This document shows, in pieces, positions 61,440 to 64,000 of a stretch of DNA of 64,000 nucleotides. The notes under the pieces are model-generated. The model worked only from the letters and a program-made list of their open reading frames with translations. It did not search any database and was not told the DNA's origin. The DNA lies in the NCBI RefSeq assembly GCF_963921235.1, contig NC_086101.1:14570001-14634000 (forward strand), given 5' to 3'. The stretch comes from Mobula hypostoma. Lineage: Eukaryota. Position numbers and translations under genes: made by a program. Each line of letters opens with the position of its first letter. The stretch's first letter is position 1.

Positions 61440-61620
61440 CTAGACTTATAATGGGACCAATCTCCACAGGGTCATCCAGCATGGACTTCCTCATCCAAGG
61501 ACTTGACGGACTGGACTGATTATATTTTTCCCATTCAGAAATAACAAGACGGATCGATGGCCAGCGTATTTGATGTCCTCTACGTGGTTTTAACAAGGTT
61601 CTTGGAAGGTCCCGAAAGAA
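61440..61620 (+). mobile_element. Ancient CR1 RT remnant
   Basis: Degenerate QHG...EITRRIDG...FDVLYV.FNK...KVP; explains the spurious minus ORF 61390-61692. Confidence 0.5.
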
Positions 61621-62059
61621 GTTTGTTGATGAAGGAAGAAAAGCCACATCGAAGGGAGCTTTGGAAATTTGGGCTGGAGAGTTAGGAAGCAAAGACTAAG
61701 AGTAGTCGGGTGTATTTGTGCATGGTCGGCTGTTGTCAGTGAAGTGCCATAGGAATCAACACTAGTTTTCTCGGTTTTTCTTTTGTAATGGTTTAGATCC
61801 TAGCGAAGGGAAATGGTCACTTTGTAGGAGAAAATTGGCGGTTTGAGGTGGAAAAGGCAAATGGAATAAACCCCAGAAAGGTAGATTGGCACCGTGTGGC
61901 AATGGAATACATAACTAAGTTATATGTAACCACAACTCCTTAAGTACAGCAGGGCAGGCCAAGCAATGGTTTAAAAGGAATACAGGGTGGTTTTCTTCAT
62001 AAGATGAGGTATGGCATATAAAGGCGAAGTAATTAGGCCAAAACTGTCTTCAATAGAAT

Positions 62060-62240
62060 TCACACACTCAAAATGCTGGAGGAACTCAGCAGGCCAGGCA
62101 GTATCTAAGGAAAAGGGCAGAGCCGATGTTTCGGGCTGAAATGTTACATCAGGACTGGAGAAGCGTCTCGGCCTGAAACGTCGACTGCCTGGATTGCTTG
62201 GATTTCCAGCATCTGCAGATTTTCACCTCTTTGTGATCCT
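62060..62240. mobile_element. Penelope-derived fold-back remnant
   Basis: AAAATGCTGGAGGAACTCAGCAGGCCAGGCAG arm; degenerate hammerhead motifs in both orientations. Confidence 0.7.
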
Positions 62241-63074
62241 GATGAAGGAAGTAAAACCTCATCGAAGGGAGAGATTTCAGGTTGTATACTGTATACATTC
62301 TCTGACATTAAAATGAACCAATGAACCATTGAATTACAGGAGCATTCACTTCAACACAGTACGTGAAAGATGCGATAAAACTGAGAATAGTTAGAAGGGC
62401 TTAACAACGTTTCTGGCATTGGAAATAAGTAGTTGTGAGGAAACATTGTCCCCCTCTCCTTTTAACAGAGGATACTTAAAAGGTATTTACTTCAGCCATA
62501 TAAATTATTATTAGCTGGAGTAAATGCGAAGTATTTAAGAACGGTATCAGAGCCGTAGAGTTAGACTAATTGATAAAATATCTTATGGAGAGGTAGCTAC
62601 TCTCCTCAAACTGGTGATACAGGCCGGTCCATCACAGTCAAAGCCCTTCCCACCATTGAGCACATCAACAAGGATCACTGCCAGAAGAAAGCATCATCTG
62701 TCATCAAGGGCCCTCATCATCCAGGCCAGGCTCTCTTATCCCTGTTGCAATCGGAAAGGATGTACCAGAGCCTTAGGTCCAACAGCACATAAGGCTCCTA
62801 CGGAACAGTTATTACCCTTCAAACACCAGGCTCCTGAACCAACGTGGACAGCTTCAATCGTCTCAATCTAAACTGATTCCACAACCTATGCCACTCACCA
62901 GCCTGCCAGAGAAAATATCTCGTCTGTACAAGATGACACAGCTACATGAGTGGCGTGGGGCTATTTTGATATCATGTTAGTGAATTGAGGTGTAAGTTTC
63001 TTTTCTTTGTTAATTCAAATCCAAGCAATTTAAAATTTGGCGAAGGAAAATAAAACTTAGCATTTAAAAATTAC

Positions 63075-64000
63075 TGTATGAAGTCTATGGAATTAAGGGA
63101 AACAAGTAGTGAGATCTTGGAAACTGTACAGATTGAAAAGAAGGAGGTGCTTGCTATTTGAGGCAAATTAAAGTGGATAAGTCCCCAGGATCTGACAGAG
63201 TATTCCCTCGGACCCTGAAGGACACTAGTGTTGAAATTTTCAGGGGCCCTGGCAGATTTATTTAAAATGTCGGTGTCTACTGGTGAGGTGCCGGAGGATT
63301 GGAGAATGGCTCATGTTGTTCCGTTATTTAAAAAGGATCAAAAAGTAATCCGGGAAATTATACACCGGTAAGTTTGACGTCAGTCGTGGGTAAGTTATTG
63401 GAGGGAGTATTAAGAGACAGAATCTATAAGCATTTGGATAGACAGGGACTTATTAACGAGAGTCAACATGGCTTTGTGCGTGGTAGGTCATGTTTAACCA
63501 ATCTATTGGAGTTTTTCGAGGAGGTTACCAGGAAAGTGGATGAAGGGAAGGCAGTGGATGTTGTCTACATGGACTTCAGTAAGGCCTTTGACAAGATCCC
63601 GCATGGGAGGTTAGTTAGGAAAATTCAGTCGCTAGGTATACATGGAGAGGTGGTAATTTGGATTAGACATTGGCTCAATGGAAGAAGCCAAAGAGTGGTA
63701 GTAGAGGATTGCTTCTCAGAGTGGAGGCCTGTGACTAGTGGTGTGCCACAGGGATCAGTGCTGGGTCCATTGTTATTTGTCACCTATATCAATGATCTGG
63801 ATGATAATGTGGTAAATTGGATCAGCAAAATTGCTGATGATACAAAGATTGGAGGTGTAGTGAACAGTGAGGAAGGCTTTCAAAGCTTGCAGAGGGATTT
63901 GGACCAGCTGGAAAAATTGGCTAAAAATGGCAGATGGAGTTTAATACAGACAAGTGTGAGGTATTGCACTTTGGAAGGACAAACCAAGGTAGAAAATACA
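63075..64000 (+). mobile_element. CR1 LINE RT, same subfamily as 13853-15390; runs off the right edge
   Basis: Long near-identical stretches with the reverse complement of about 14680-15340; YMDFSKAFDK, GVPQGSVLGP, ADDTK. Confidence 0.93.

Noticed and set aside
1-64000. CRISPR arrays, rRNA/tRNA genes and prokaryotic systems
   Set aside because: None seen; the recurring short repeats are Penelope and SINE copies, and the tRNA-like boxes belong to SINE heads.

Overview
Repeat-dense vertebrate genomic DNA; the CR1/Penelope/V-SINE repeat complement suggests a cartilaginous fish, probably a ray or shark (inference). Most of the window is mobile elements: a Gypsy LTR retrotransposon with a full-length Nimb/I-clade LINE nested in it, many CR1 LINE copies (one nearly intact), Rex1/Babar and Tc1 fragments, solo LTRs, tRNA-derived SINEs, and Penelope-like remnants that carry minimal hammerhead ribozyme motifs. 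Two spliced + strand genes, absent from the ORF track as whole genes, can be rebuilt from splice sites and exon phases. Both encode single V-type (VJ-joined) Ig receptors resembling NKp30/NCR3, with the same layout (43-nt leader exon, 351-nt V exon). Gene 1 (19191-27367, about 295 aa) has a long tail with two ITIMs, so is predicted inhibitory. Gene 2 (39266-46423, 173 aa) has a transmembrane lysine and almost no tail, so is predicted activating. Together they look like a paired receptor locus. Also seen: putative -1 ribosomal frameshift signals at the CR1 ORF1/ORF2 junction (TTTAAAC) and the Gypsy gag/pol junction (GGGAAAC). All gene models and family calls were made by eye, with no database search; element boundaries without a stated TSD are approximate.
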